Positions 40,999 through 53,588 of a stretch of 64,000 nt of DNA are shown piece after piece (position 1 is the stretch's first letter; each line of letters begins with the position of its first letter). Source of the DNA: Octopus vulgaris (Eukaryota); assembly GCA_951406725.2 (NCBI GenBank), contig OX597817.1, forward strand, positions 170,934,001 through 170,998,000, written 5' to 3'. A program made the translations under genes and the position numbers. The notes under the pieces were generated by a model. The model was not told where the DNA came from, made no database searches, and was given only the letters and a program-made list of their open reading frames with translations.

Positions 40999-41889
40999 AG
41001 GGGAAGGGGTAAGGAGGTGGTTAATGACGATGATTGCTATGATGGCAATTATAATGATGATGATGATGATGGTAGTGATAATTATTATGTTGATAAAGAT
41101 GGAGATGATGACAGTGATGACAACAAAATTATATATTTTAAATCAATTACACCCCCTCCCCCTCTTCCTGAACATCATCATATTTTACAATATTTCTATA
41201 ATTTTAGTTTCAAAGAGATGTTATAGATATGTGTTGTACGAGGTGAAGGAGAGAGGATGAGAGAACAAGTGTAGTGTTGCTGCTTTTAGAGTAGTAGATA
41301 GAGGAGATGGGGAAAAACTAAGAAAGAGGAAGAGACTAAGAGAGAGAGGAAGAGACTGAGAGAGAGAGGGAGAGAGTAGTAGGGCTGTTATTAGAGTAGG
41401 AGCAAAGGAAAAACAGGGGGCGTTAATAGTAAAGGTGTTATCAAAGGCAGCAGTAAGAGAAAGTGAGAGAGTGATATAAAGGAAGAGAGAGGAAGCTGGA
41501 AATTGTTTGTAGAATGAGAGGTAGAAAAGGAAGAGAGAGAGAAAGCGAGAGAGAAAGCGAGAGAGAAAGAGTGGGAGAGTAATGAGACTGTTGTCAGAAG
41601 GTGAGGCTGAAGAGAAAAAGAGGATGAGAAACAGAGAGCGTGTACCTCAAATAGAACAATGTACCCCAAACTAAAGTATGTACCTTAAATAAATGAATGT
41701 ATATAAACTAGAGTATCTTAGACAGAAGAATGTATCTCAGGCTAAAGTATGTACATCAGATAAAGGAATTGACCTCAAGCTTAAAAGAATATATTTCATA
41801 CAAGAAAATATATCTCAACTGTTTCATGTTCTCAAGGAAATTGAATTTATCTATAAGAATAGTATATACTCTAAGGATAGTATATTTTG

Positions 41890-42458
41890 AAATTGAAATC
41901 AAAATCAAAATCAAATTCAATGACTGGCATCCGTGCTAGTGGGATGCAAAGAGCACCATACGAGTGTGATCGTTGACAGAGTAGCTAACCAGCTTCTGTG
42001 CCAGTTGCACATAAAAGGGCACCATTCAAGTGTGATCGTTACCAGCATCACCTTACTGGCACTTGTGCCAGTGCTAGTAGGGTGCCAAGAGCACCATCCA
42101 AGCATGATCGTTGCCAGAGCAGCCAACTGGCTTCCGTGCCAGTGGCATGTAAAAGGGCACCATTCAAGCGTGATCATTACCAGCGTCACCTTACTGGCAC
42201 CTGTGCTGGTGGTATATGTAAAAAGATTCAAGCGAGGTCGTTGCCAATACCGCCTGACTGGCCCCCGTGCCGGTGGAACATAAAAAGCACCCACTACACT
42301 CTCGGAGTGGTTGGCATTAGGAAAGGCATCCAGCTATAGAAACTCTGCCAGATCAAGATTGGGGCCTGATGCAGCCATCTGGTTCGCCAGCCCTAAGTCA
42401 AAATCATCCAATCCATGCTATCATAGAAAGCGGACGTTAAACGATGATGATGATGATA
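41890..42458 (+). mobile_element. RTE 3'-UTR fragment with internal tandem modules and (GAT)n tail
   Basis: Repeated GCCAGTGGCATGTAAAAGGGCACC modules; same terminal ~170 bp as 4900-5098. Confidence 0.85.
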
Positions 42459-43812
42459 ATATATACCTCTAACTTTAAAGTGTATTTCACAGAGGAAAAT
42501 GTGCACAAAACGACAGTAGGTACATCAAGAAGAATCTAACCCAGAGCACAATGTGTCCTAAAGAGTAGAATGTATTCTAGACATTAATATGAACCATATT
42601 TCAAGCCTTAGAATGTACCCCGTACAATAGAATATACTTCAACATATTATGTACCTCACAGCTGAATATATTTCAGATCACAGCATATACTTATTACTGA
42701 ATTCCACTGCTTTGCACCTTGGGCAAGTATCTTCATTTATCTTCCCACTGCTTTGTACTTCGGGCAAGTGTCATTGGTTCAGTCCCACTGCTTGGCACCT
42801 AGGGCAAGTGTCCTCAGGTCCAGTTCCACAGTTTAGAAATTTGGACAAGTGTCATTGAGTTCAGTCCTACTGCCTGATACCCTGGGTAAGTTTTACTATG
42901 GTCTTAGAGTGACCAAAGACTTATGAGTGGGCTTGGCAGACAGAAACTGAAAGCACATGTATTTGTGTATATAGGATTATATATATATATATATAAGTAA
43001 AAAAAAATAACTTTAAAAAAATAACTAAAAAATAACTAAAACTATATTCCCTGTGCTTCTACACTTCTACACTTTCCCTACATGGTTTGTTTACTTCCTC
43101 CTTCTTTCTGACTTTCTATCTGTCCCTCTCTCATCTTTAGTCCTACAGGACATTTTCATTTTCCTTTGAGTTACCCTATATTTGTCTGTCTTACGGTCAT
43201 ATGTTGTTTTTTGTTTATGTATATGTATGATTGTTATAAGTATTTTATTTTGTCATGTTTGTTTTCATCATTGTCCTGTACTATTCCCAGAGGCTTTTTG
43301 ACACTGACGCCTCCAAAAGTGAACAATGTCAACATTAAAGGCACGAAATTGTAAGGATCTTTTGGCTGTTGACTGATGAGGAATAAGCTATAAATCTTCT
43401 GTTTGTTATATTCTTGTTAAATTTTCCATTTGTTGTGTTTTTGTGAAATATATATACATATACATACATATATATATATATATATATAGTACAAAGTGAG
43501 ATAGGGGTTATGAGTGTAACCCACTATGGGATATCATTTATCTAATATACTGCCAGTAAAGTACCCAGAAGGCTAATACATAAATGCTAAGAACTGCAAT
43601 GCAATTAATTCATACCTCAAATTCATAATACAAAATAAGAAAATGGAGGAATAGATTTCTTTCAATCATCAACTTCCAGATAATACCAATTCATATAATT
43701 TATTAATTATTTAGATTAAATAGGAACATCCAAATCCAACAGAATAAGACAGAATAAAACAATATACATCAATAAGTAAGATAATACCATAAGAATAATA
43801 CTTATAAAATGG

Positions 43813-43940
43813 ATCTTACAGCTGTTTCAGCCTGTAGATAAGAGTATCTCATTATGCCCATATTAGTCAGATGTATTGAGGTAATATGCAGTTAAAAATG
43901 AGTTACTTATATATATATATCTCAAGGCCTCGTCAGAGAT
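43813..43940 (-). ncRNA. Type I hammerhead ribozyme with long loop 2
   Basis: Minus: atct-CTGACGA-ggcct-[~90 nt]-aggct-GAAAC-AGCT-GTA-agat. Intact core and palindromic AGCT. Confidence 0.82.
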
Positions 43941-44093
43941 TATAAAGTACAATTATAAAGATATAAAATGAAGATATAAAATGCAAATATGAATATTAAA
44001 CAAGGTACACATATACAAGAATATGCATATATACATATATACATATACATATAAGTGTATATACATTTTATATCTTTATAATTGTACTTTATA

Positions 44094-44219
44094 ATCTCTG
44101 ATGAGGCCTTGAGATATATATATAAGTAACTCATTTTTAACTGCATATTACCTCAATACATCTGACTAATATGGGCATAATGAGATACTCTTATCTACAG
44201 GCTGAAACAGTTGTAAGAT
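44094..44219 (+). ncRNA. Type I hammerhead ribozyme, inverted copy
   Basis: atct-CTGATGA-ggcct-[~90 nt]-aggct-GAAAC-AGTT-GTA-agat; predicted cleavage after 44215. Confidence 0.8.
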
Positions 44220-44220
44220 A

Positions 44221-44568
44221 CACTATGTGGCACTTTGGGTAAGTGTCTTCTACTATAGCCTCGGGCTGACCAAAGCCTTGTGAGTGGATTTGTTAGAAGG
44301 AAACTGAAAGAAACCCGTTGTATATATGTATATATATATATGTATGTGTGTGTATATGTTTGTGTGTCTGTGTTTGTCCCCCCAACATCACTTGACAACT
44401 GATGCTGGTGTGTTTACATCCCTGTAACTTAGTGGCTCGGCAAAAGAGACTGATAGAATAAGTACTAGGCTTACAAAGAATAAGTCCTGGGGTCGATTTG
44501 CTTGACTAAAGGCAGTGCTCCAGCATGGCCACAGTTACATGACTGAAACAAGTTAAAGAGTTAAAGAG

Positions 44569-44572
<4 letters not shown>
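44221..44572 (+). mobile_element. SINE family A lacking its 5' head
   Basis: Starts at CACTATGTGGCACTTTGGG immediately after the hammerhead arm; normal body and tail. Confidence 0.85.
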
Positions 44573-44631
<59 letters not shown>

Positions 44632-44899
44632 CATACATGCATTTATATATCTATATATGTGTGTGTGTGCATGCACAAGCATGGGTGTTTGTGTTCTCCT
44701 TGTCTTGACTTTGCCAATGGTTCATTTCCAACCTTCCATGAAAACATGTCCAGTCAGCGAGAAGAAAAAAATACTTGCTTCAAAACAGGTGAGGGCATGA
44801 ATCCAAACAAAATCTGCCTCATCAATTCTGTCTGACCCATGCAAGCAGAAGAAATGGACATTAAACCGATGCTATGGTAAATCCAGATTCACAAATACT

Positions 44900-45830
44900 G
44901 GTTTTAAATTTTAGCACAAAGCCAGCAATATTTTAGTGTGGGGGGGGAATGTCAAGTACATCGATCAGTGTTCAACTGGTACTTTTTTTATCGACCCTGA
45001 GAGGATAAAAAGTAAAGTCAACTTCAGCAGAATTTGAACTCAGTACATAAAAATGGATGAAATTCCACTAAGCGTTTTCTCCATGTGCTCAAAATTCTGC
45101 CAGCTCACTACCTTCAGATTCACAAATATTGATTTTAAATTTTGGCAAAAGGCCAGCAGTTTCAGTGGAGGGGGTTAAGTTAATTACATCAACCCCAGAG
45201 TTCAACTGTAATTTGAACCCAGAACGTAAAGACAAATGAAATGCAGCTTAGCATTTTGCCTGATGTGCCAGCAATTCTTTTTTTTATTATTTCTTTATTA
45301 CCCACAAGGGGCCAAACAAGGAAAGACAAAGGGATTAAGTCGATTACATCGACCCCAGTGTGTAACTGGTACTTAATTTATCGACCCCAAAAGGATGAAA
45401 GGCAAAGTCAACCTTGGTTTGGATCTAAGTTGATTACATCATTCCCAGTGCTCGACTGGTACTTAATTTATTGACCCCTGAAGGGATTAAAGGCAAAGTC
45501 AACCTCGATGACATTTGAACTCAGAATGTAAAGACAGATAAAATGCTGCTAAGCATTTTTGTCTTGGATGCTAATGAGTCTGCCAACTTACTTGTTTCTT
45601 TATTGCCCACAGGGAGCTAAACATACAGGGGCCAAACAAGGACAGACAAAGGGATTAAGTCGATTACATTGACCCCAGTGCATAACTGGTACTTATTTAA
45701 TCGACCCCGAAAGGATGAAAGGCAAAGTCGACCTCGGTGGAATTTGAACACAGAACGTAAAGGCAGATTGAAATACCGCTAAGCATTTTATCTGGCATGC
45801 TAACGTTTCTGCTAGTTCACCACCTTCGGT
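44900..45830 (-). mobile_element. Nested cluster of SINE family B copies
   Basis: At least four overlapping copies of the family B core. Confidence 0.85.
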
Positions 45831-46328
45831 GTGCCAGCAATTCTGTCATCTTCAGATTCACAAATATTAAGGGGCAAGATAACATTCTGTACATCCGATT
45901 AAACATGAAGTTACATAATAAAACCAACCCCAGTAAATGCTGCTACAAGTAAAATGTACGATCAATATCAATGTGACCTCAGATGAAAATAAATACAACT
46001 TTGACTATTCTATTATAACCACATTAATCAGAAAATATATTTCATTAACCAGTTGGTTCCTTTGACAACTGATGTTACATATCCATAGCAACCACTGGAA
46101 ACACATCATATACCAGCATAAATTTTTACGGGGGTGGAAAGGGTTAATAAAGAACCAATGTTTATTATGCAAAATAACCAAAAATGAACAATATATATAT
46201 ACATACAACATGTTCTCTTTGCTGTCTTGATCAAATTACATCTAGCATATAATGATCTGTTTACACCTAAACATTAACAAACTAGATTATTAAACATCAC
46301 CACCACCACCACCACCATCATCATCATT

Positions 46329-46360
<32 letters not shown>

Positions 46361-46490
46361 TGTAATATTCCCTGATCTGTTGCTCTTGTGGAAATATAAA
46401 GAATTACAATTATTGTTGTTGTTTTTATTATTGTTGTTCATAATATTTGTAGTTTGTTTTTGTTGATACTGTTGTTTTTGCTGCTGCTGT

Positions 46491-46541
<51 letters not shown>

Positions 46542-46557
46542 TATTATCGTTATTATT

Positions 46558-46778
46558 AGAGCAGTGTCCTGACAAAATTGTTAGCACATTAGAGAAAATG
46601 GTTGGTGGTATTTTGTCATTGGGTTCTGAGTTCAAATACCATCGAGGTGGACTTTGCCTTTCCTCCTTCTGGTGGGGTTTGGTCAATGAAATAAGTACCA
46701 GTTGAGCACTGGGGTCAATTTAATTGACTGGACCCCCCCTCACCCGAAATTGCTGGCCTTGTGCCAAAATTTGAAGCC
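46558..46778 (+). mobile_element. SINE family B, older copy
   Basis: TTCTGAGTTCAAAT...GACTTTGCCTTTC...AATAAGTACCAG...GTGCCAAAATTTGAA. Confidence 0.75.
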
Positions 46779-46810
46779 ATAATTATTATCGCTAGTAGTA
46801 GTAGTAGTAA

Positions 46811-46850
<40 letters not shown>

Positions 46851-46860
46851 AGCAGTAGTG

Positions 46861-46924
<64 letters not shown>

Positions 46925-47438
46925 CGACAGCAGCAGCAACAGCATTACTACTACTACTACTACTACTACTACTATTACTACTACTATTACTACTACTAAT
47001 ACTACTACTACTACTACCACTACCTCTCCTCACTTCCAAACATTCACAGAATACAACTACAAGTTCCACAAATAAAAACAAATGGAATAACCACAATCCT
47101 CTTTGCCATCATTTGCCATTTCTCTCTCTCTTGTTCTTTCCCCATAAATTCTTCTGTTGACTTTCTTCCTGTCTTACAATCTATACCACTTTTTTTGTTT
47201 CTTTTTCTTTTTTTTTTTCCCCCAAAGCTCCAGCTTAAAACATAACGCATTTCATAAATAAATAGCACCGAATATATGGTAAATAAATGCTAAGACCTTT
47301 TCAAAATATTTCTAATTTAATTTCTTTGGCATTGAATTTTTAATATTTGATATTTCAAGTAAGATATTTGATCTGTGTAAAATCTGCTTTTATAAACTAA
47401 ACAAAAGCTTGCATATATATATGTGTGTGTGTGTGTGT

Positions 47439-47478
<40 letters not shown>

Positions 47479-47517
47479 GTATATATATATATGTATATAT
47501 ATATGTATATATATATA

Positions 47518-50401
47518 TGGACAAATATGGAGAAGAAGGATCTGGAAGCTTAAAGATCCTGCAAATGGACAGAGATTTAGGGACATATTACTTGAAGCCT
47601 CTGACGAAGTAGAAGGGGATAGAGCATCACAGGGGGTAGAAGACAGCTGGACGTTTCTAAGGGACAACCTGCTGAGAGCCACTGACCAGATCTGTGGCTG
47701 GTGCAAAGTCCCCTCTCGACCTAGAATAACGTGGTGGTGGAACAATATTGTAGACAGGGCTATTAGAGAAAAGAGACAGGCTTGGAAGGTCTGGAAAAAT
47801 GGGGGTAGCAGGGAATTGTATCAGACTGCCAAAAGAGAAGCTAGGAGACAGGTTTATTTAGCCAGAGGGGAAGCAGATAAGAAAAAATTTGCCAATGTTC
47901 TGCGCCGTGAGGACCAAAGACTAGAGGTGTTTCGTGTTGCAAGACAGTGTGTGAGAGAGAATCGTGATGTGGTAGGAGAGAAGTGTGTTCGCATGGAAGA
48001 TGGTTCACTTGCGCTAAATGAGGATGCAAAGAGAGAGGTTTGGAGATGCCACTATGAAAGGTTGCTGAATGAAGAAAATGAATGGGATAAAGAGAGTCTG
48101 CCGAATGTTGACCCAACAGAGGGACCAGCTATCCGAGTTGATAGTTCTGTGGTAGCTAAGGCAATTAGAAGCATGAAGACAGGGAAAGCCCCAGGCCCAT
48201 CAGGAATCACTGCAGAGATGCTCAAAATGTCTGGTAGTGTCGGCTATAGCCTAGTCACCCATATAGTTAATCAGGTGATACACAAAGGGGTCATACCCAA
48301 TGACTGGTGTAGCAGTATAATAGTCAACTGCTACAAAGGTAAAGGTGATGCCCTAGATACAAACAACTACAGAGGTATCAAGCTGTTGGACCAGGTGATG
48401 AAGGTTACGGAGAGGGTCATAGCCCAACTAATTAGAGAGAGTTAGTTTAGATGAGATGCAGTTTGGGTTTGTGCCAGGGAAAAGTACTACTGATGCTATA
48501 TTCCTGGTAAGGCAGCTGCAGGAGAAATACCTAGCCAAAGATAAGCCCCTGTACCTGGCTTTTGTTGACATGGAGAAAGCCTTCGACAGGGTCCCCCGAT
48601 CCCTTATCTGGTGGGCAATGAGAAAACTAGGGATAGATGAATGGTTAGTGAGAGCTGTGCGGGCCATGTATAGGGACGCCGCTAGTAGGGTGAGGGTTGG
48701 AAATGAGTACAGTGAAGAATTCCGGGTAGAGGTAGGGGTCCACCAAGGCTCAGTACTCAGCCCCCTCCTATTTATCATAGTCCTCCAGGCAATAACGGAG
48801 GAATTCAAGACAGGATGCCCTTGGGAGCTCCTCTATGCTGATGACCTTGCTCTAATTGCTGAGTCGCTATCAGAACTGGAGGAGAAGTTTCAGGTGTGGA
48901 AACAAGGATTAGAATCGAAGGGCCTCAGAGTCAATCTAGCTAAAACCAAAGTCGTAATCAGTAGGAAGGTAGACAAATCACAAACACCTTCAGGTAGATG
49001 GCCCTGCTCGATCTGTAGAAAAGGTGTAGGTAGAAACTCTATAAGATGCACCAAGTGTAAGCTATGGACACATAAGAGATGCAGCAATGTCAAAGGAAGG
49101 CTAACTAGGAAGATGGTTTTTGTATGTGGCAGATGCTCAGGAACAATAAACACTGAAAATGCTCTGAGACCAACTTCTGTCACTTTCCAGGGAGAAAAAC
49201 TAGAAATAGTTGATAGTTTCCGTTACCTAGGTGACCAAGTCAGCAGCGGGGGCGGGTGAGCTGAAAGTGTAACTGCTAGAGTAAGAATAGCTTGGGCAAA
49301 GTTCAGAGAGCTCTTACCTCTGCTGGTGACAAAAGGCCTCTCGCACAGAGTGAAAGGCAGACTGTATGATGCGTGTGTACGAACAGCCATGCTACATGGC
49401 AGTGAAACATGGGCCGTGACTGCTGAGGATATGCGTAAGCTCGCTAGAAATGAAGCCAGTATGCTCCGATGGATGTGTAATGCCAGTACTCACACTCGGC
49501 AGAGTGTAAGTACCTTGAGAGAAAAGCTGGACCTAAGAAGCATCAGTTGTGGTGTGCAAGAGAGACGTTTGCGCTGGTATGGTCATGTGGCGAGAATGGA
49601 TGAAGATAGTTGTGTGAAAAAGTGCCACACCCTAGCGGTTGAGGGAACCTGTGGAAGAGGCAGACCCAGGAAAACCTGGGACGAGGTGGTGAAGCACGAC
49701 CTTCGAACTTTAGGTCTCACCGAGGAAATGACTAGAGACCGAGACCTCTGGAAGTGTGCTGTGCGCGAGAAGACCCGGCAGGACAAGTGAGTCCACAACC
49801 CGTGGCCTTCTACATGGGATGGAGCCAGCCTACGTATGCATACCTTCCCTTCTTGGGACACAAAACTCTACTTGTGAAGACGTGTTGAGGCAAGTGAGGA
49901 TCAGAATCGAAATCGATCAATGGAAATTGCGGATGTGCTACCAGTGCCGGTGGCATGTCGAAACTCTGCTTGTGAAGACCCATTGAGGCAAGTGAGGATC
50001 AGAATCGAAATCGATCAATGGAAATCGATCAATGGAAATTGCAGATGTGTTACCAGTGCCGGTGGCATGTAAGAGAACCTTCCGTTTCGCGACCGTTGCC
50101 AGCACCGCCCCGTTTCGTGTTCGTTGCCAGCCTCGCCTGGCCCTCGTGCCGGTGGCACATAAAAAACACCATCCGTTCGTGGCCGTTTGCCAGCTCTGGC
50201 TGGCACCAGTGCGGGTGGCACGTAAAAAGCACCCACTACACTCACGGAGTGGTTGGCGTTAGGAAGGGCATCCAGCCGTAGAAACACTGCCAGATTTGAC
50301 TGGGCCTGATGAAGCCTTCTGGCTTCACAGACCCCAGCAGAACCGTCCAACCCATGCTAGCATGGAAAACGGACGCTAAATGATGATGATGATGATGATG
50401 A
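47518..50401 (+). mobile_element. 5'-truncated, relatively young RTE-type LINE: RT with PHD insert, 3' UTR and (GAT)n tail, inserted in (TA)n
   Basis: ORFs 47423-48445, 48456-49259 and 49326-49790 join into one protein with a frameshift at ~48440 and a TGA at 49257-49259; motifs DMEKAFDRV, GVHQGSVLSPLLF, YADD, FRYLG, LRWYGHV and GRPRKTW; no endonuclease domain retained. Confidence 0.96.
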
Positions 50402-50404
50402 TAT

Positions 50405-50439
<35 letters not shown>

Positions 50440-50442
50440 CAC

Positions 50443-50569
<127 letters not shown>

Positions 50570-50604
50570 TATATACATATATATATATACATACATATAT
50601 ATGC

Positions 50605-50639
<35 letters not shown>

Positions 50640-50819
50640 AATGTATGCATGTATATATATGTATGTACATATATATATATATATAAACTCACACACACAC
50701 ACACACACACATGTATAACCATATTTAGAAAGAGAGATTATATGAGAATGAATATTTATATTATATATTAAAAAATATCTCTAAATGATATCATGAATAT
50801 TGTCATTGTCGTAATTTCC

Positions 50820-50827
50820 ATCATCAG

Positions 50828-50882
<55 letters not shown>

Positions 50883-51091
50883 TGCGTTTTAAAATCCACC
50901 TTTCCATCCATGCAGGAGTCAGACGGAATTCACTGAGGTAGATTTTCAATGGTTGGATGCCCTTTCTATCACCTGTCTGCAAGCAAGGTAATATCTTCCC
51001 ATGGCTGGACATGTTTTTTAACAGAAGCCTGGAAATGATGGACACTGTTTTGTACAACAGCAAAACTTGTTTATATGTATTGCATGATGTC
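50820..51091 (-). mobile_element. RTE-tail-related fragment with (CAG)n
   Basis: TTTCCATCCATGCAGG...TGGATGCCCTT resembles the reverse complement of the RTE terminus. Confidence 0.5.
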
Positions 51092-51110
51092 AAGACAAAG
51101 AGACAAAACA

Positions 51111-52639
51111 GGTGAGCTGGCAGAAACGTTAGCACGCCGGGCGAAACGCTTAGCGGCATTTCGTCTGTCTTTACATTCAGAGTTCAAATTCCACCGAGGT
51201 CGACTTTGCCTTTCATCCTTTCAAGGTTGATTAAATAAGTACCAGTTACGCACTGGGGTCGATGTAATTGACTTAATCTGTTTGTCTGTCCTTGTTTGTC
51301 CCCTCTGTGTGTAGCCCCTTGCGGGTAATAAAGAAATAGGTATTTCATCTGCCGCTACGTTCTGAGTTCAAATTCAGCCGAGGTCGACTTTGCCTTTCAT
51401 CCTTTCGGGGTTCATTAAATAAGTACCAGTTACGCACTGGGGTCGATGTAATTGACTTAATCTGTTTGTCTGTCCTTGTTTGTCCCCTCTGTGTGTAGCC
51501 CCTTGCGGGTAATAAAGAAATAGGTATTTCATCTGCCGCTACGTTCTGAGTTCAAATTCAGCCGAGGTCGACTTTGCCTTTCATCCTTTCGGGGTTCATT
51601 AAATAAGTACCAGTTACGCACTGGGGTCGATGTAATTGACTTAATCTGTTTGTCTGTCCTTGTTTGTCCCCTCTGTGTGTAGCCCCTTGCGGGTAATAAA
51701 GGAATAGGTATTTCATCTGCCGCTATGTTCTGAGTTCAAATTCAGCCGAGGTCGACTTTGCCTTTCATCCTTTCGGGGTTGATTAAATAAGTACCAGTTA
51801 CGTAATGGGGTCGATGTAATTGACTTAATCTGTTTGTCTGTCCTTGTTTGTCCCCTCTGTGTGTAGCCCCTTGCGGGTAATAAAGAAATAGGTATTTCAT
51901 CTGCCGCTACGTTCTCAGTTCAAATTCAGCCGAGGTCGACTTTGCCTTTCATCCTTTCGGGGTTGATTAAATAAGTACCAGTTACGCACTGGGGTCGATG
52001 TAATTGACTTAATCTGTTTGTCTGTCCTTGTTTGTCCCCTCTGTGTGTAGCCCCTTGCGGGTAATAAAGAAATAGGTATTTCATCTGCCGCTACGTTCTG
52101 AGTTCAAATTCAGCCAAGGTCGACTTTGCCTTTCATCCTTTCGGGGTTGATTAAATAAGTACCAGTTACACACTGGGGTCGATATAATCAACTTAATCCC
52201 TTTGTCTGTCCTTGTTTTTCCTCTCTGTGTTTAGCCCCTTGCGGGTAATAAAGAAATAGGTATTTCGTATGCCATTATGTTCTGTGTTCAAATTCCGCCG
52301 AGGTTGACTTTGCCTTTCATCCTTTTAGGGTCAATAAATCAAGTACCAGTTACGCACTGGGGTCGATATAATCGACTTAACCCGTTTGACTGTCCTTGTT
52401 TTTCCTCTCTGTGTTTAGCCCCTTGTGGGTAGTAAAGAAATAGGTATTTCATCTGCCGCTACGTTCTCAGTTCAAATTCAGCCGAGGTCGACTTTGCCTT
52501 TCATCCTTTCAGGGTCAATAAATTAAGTACCAGTTAAGCACTGGGGTCGATGTAATCAACTTAATCTCTTCGTCTGTCCTTGTTTGTCCCCTCTGTGTTT
52601 AGCCCCTTGTGGGCAATAAAGGAATAAGAAATAAGAAAT
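51111..52639 (+). mobile_element. SINE family B with one head and eight tandem 184-bp bodies
   Basis: Units start at 51157, 51341, 51525, 51709, 51893, 52077, 52261 and 52445; (AAGAAAT)n tail; 19-bp TSD with 2 mismatches at 51092-51110 and 52640-52658. Confidence 0.93.
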
Positions 52640-52863
52640 AAGACAAAGGTACAAAACACAGACACACAAATGTAGGCTTTATGCAATATCTCCCAATTAT
52701 CGCATCAGCGTGACCGTCAGCCTACACTCTTGGTATTTGCAGAGATTGAAGTTTCCATTTGTCAAACTTATGGTGCAATTATTAAACAACTTATCCACAA
52801 GGGATGTTCTTATCTATACATTCATGTACGTGTACACAAAACACAAACACAAACGGTACACAC

Positions 52864-52933
<70 letters not shown>

Positions 52934-52954
52934 AACAGGTTTCTTTACATTTCC

Positions 52955-53588
52955 TTATTTTTTTACTGCCCACAAGGGGCTACACACAGAGGACAAACAA
53001 AGACAGACAAATGGATTAAGTCAATTATATGCCAGCTCTGTCTGGCACCTGTGCGGGTGGCACGTAAAAAGCACCCACTACACTCACGGAGTGGTTGGCG
53101 TTAGGAAGGGCATCCAGCCGTAGAAACACTGCCAGATCTGACTGGGCCTGACGAAGCCTTCCAGCTTCACAGACCCCACTTGAACCGTCCAACCCATGCT
53201 AGCATGGAAAGCGGACGCTAAATGATGATGATGATGATGATGATATCGACCCCAGTGCATAACTGGTACTTATTTAATCGACCCCAAAAGGATGAAAAGT
53301 AAAGTCAACCTTGGCAGAATTTGAACTCAGAACGTAACGACAGACAAAATACCTATTTCTTTACTACCCACAAGGGGCTAAACACAGAGGGGACAAACAA
53401 AGACAGACAAAGGGATTAAGTCAATTATATCGGCCCCAGTGCGTAACTGGTACTTATTTAATCAACCCCGAAAGGATGAAAGGCAAAATCGACCTCGGTG
53501 GAATTTGAACTCAGAACATAAAGACAGACAAAATACCGCTAAGCAGTTTGTCCGGCATGCTAACGTTTCTGCCAGCTCACCACCTTCG
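52955..53588 (-). mobile_element. SINE family B dimer interrupted by an RTE 3' end (~53030-53243, +)
   Basis: Insert is highly similar to ~50188-50400; dimer junction AAATACCTATTTC at ~53347-53359. Confidence 0.85.

Noticed and set aside
50304-50335. CTGATGA plus hairpin agcc/ggct in the RTE 3' UTR (also ~53147)
   Set aside because: Not followed by GAAA, so the hammerhead core is incomplete.
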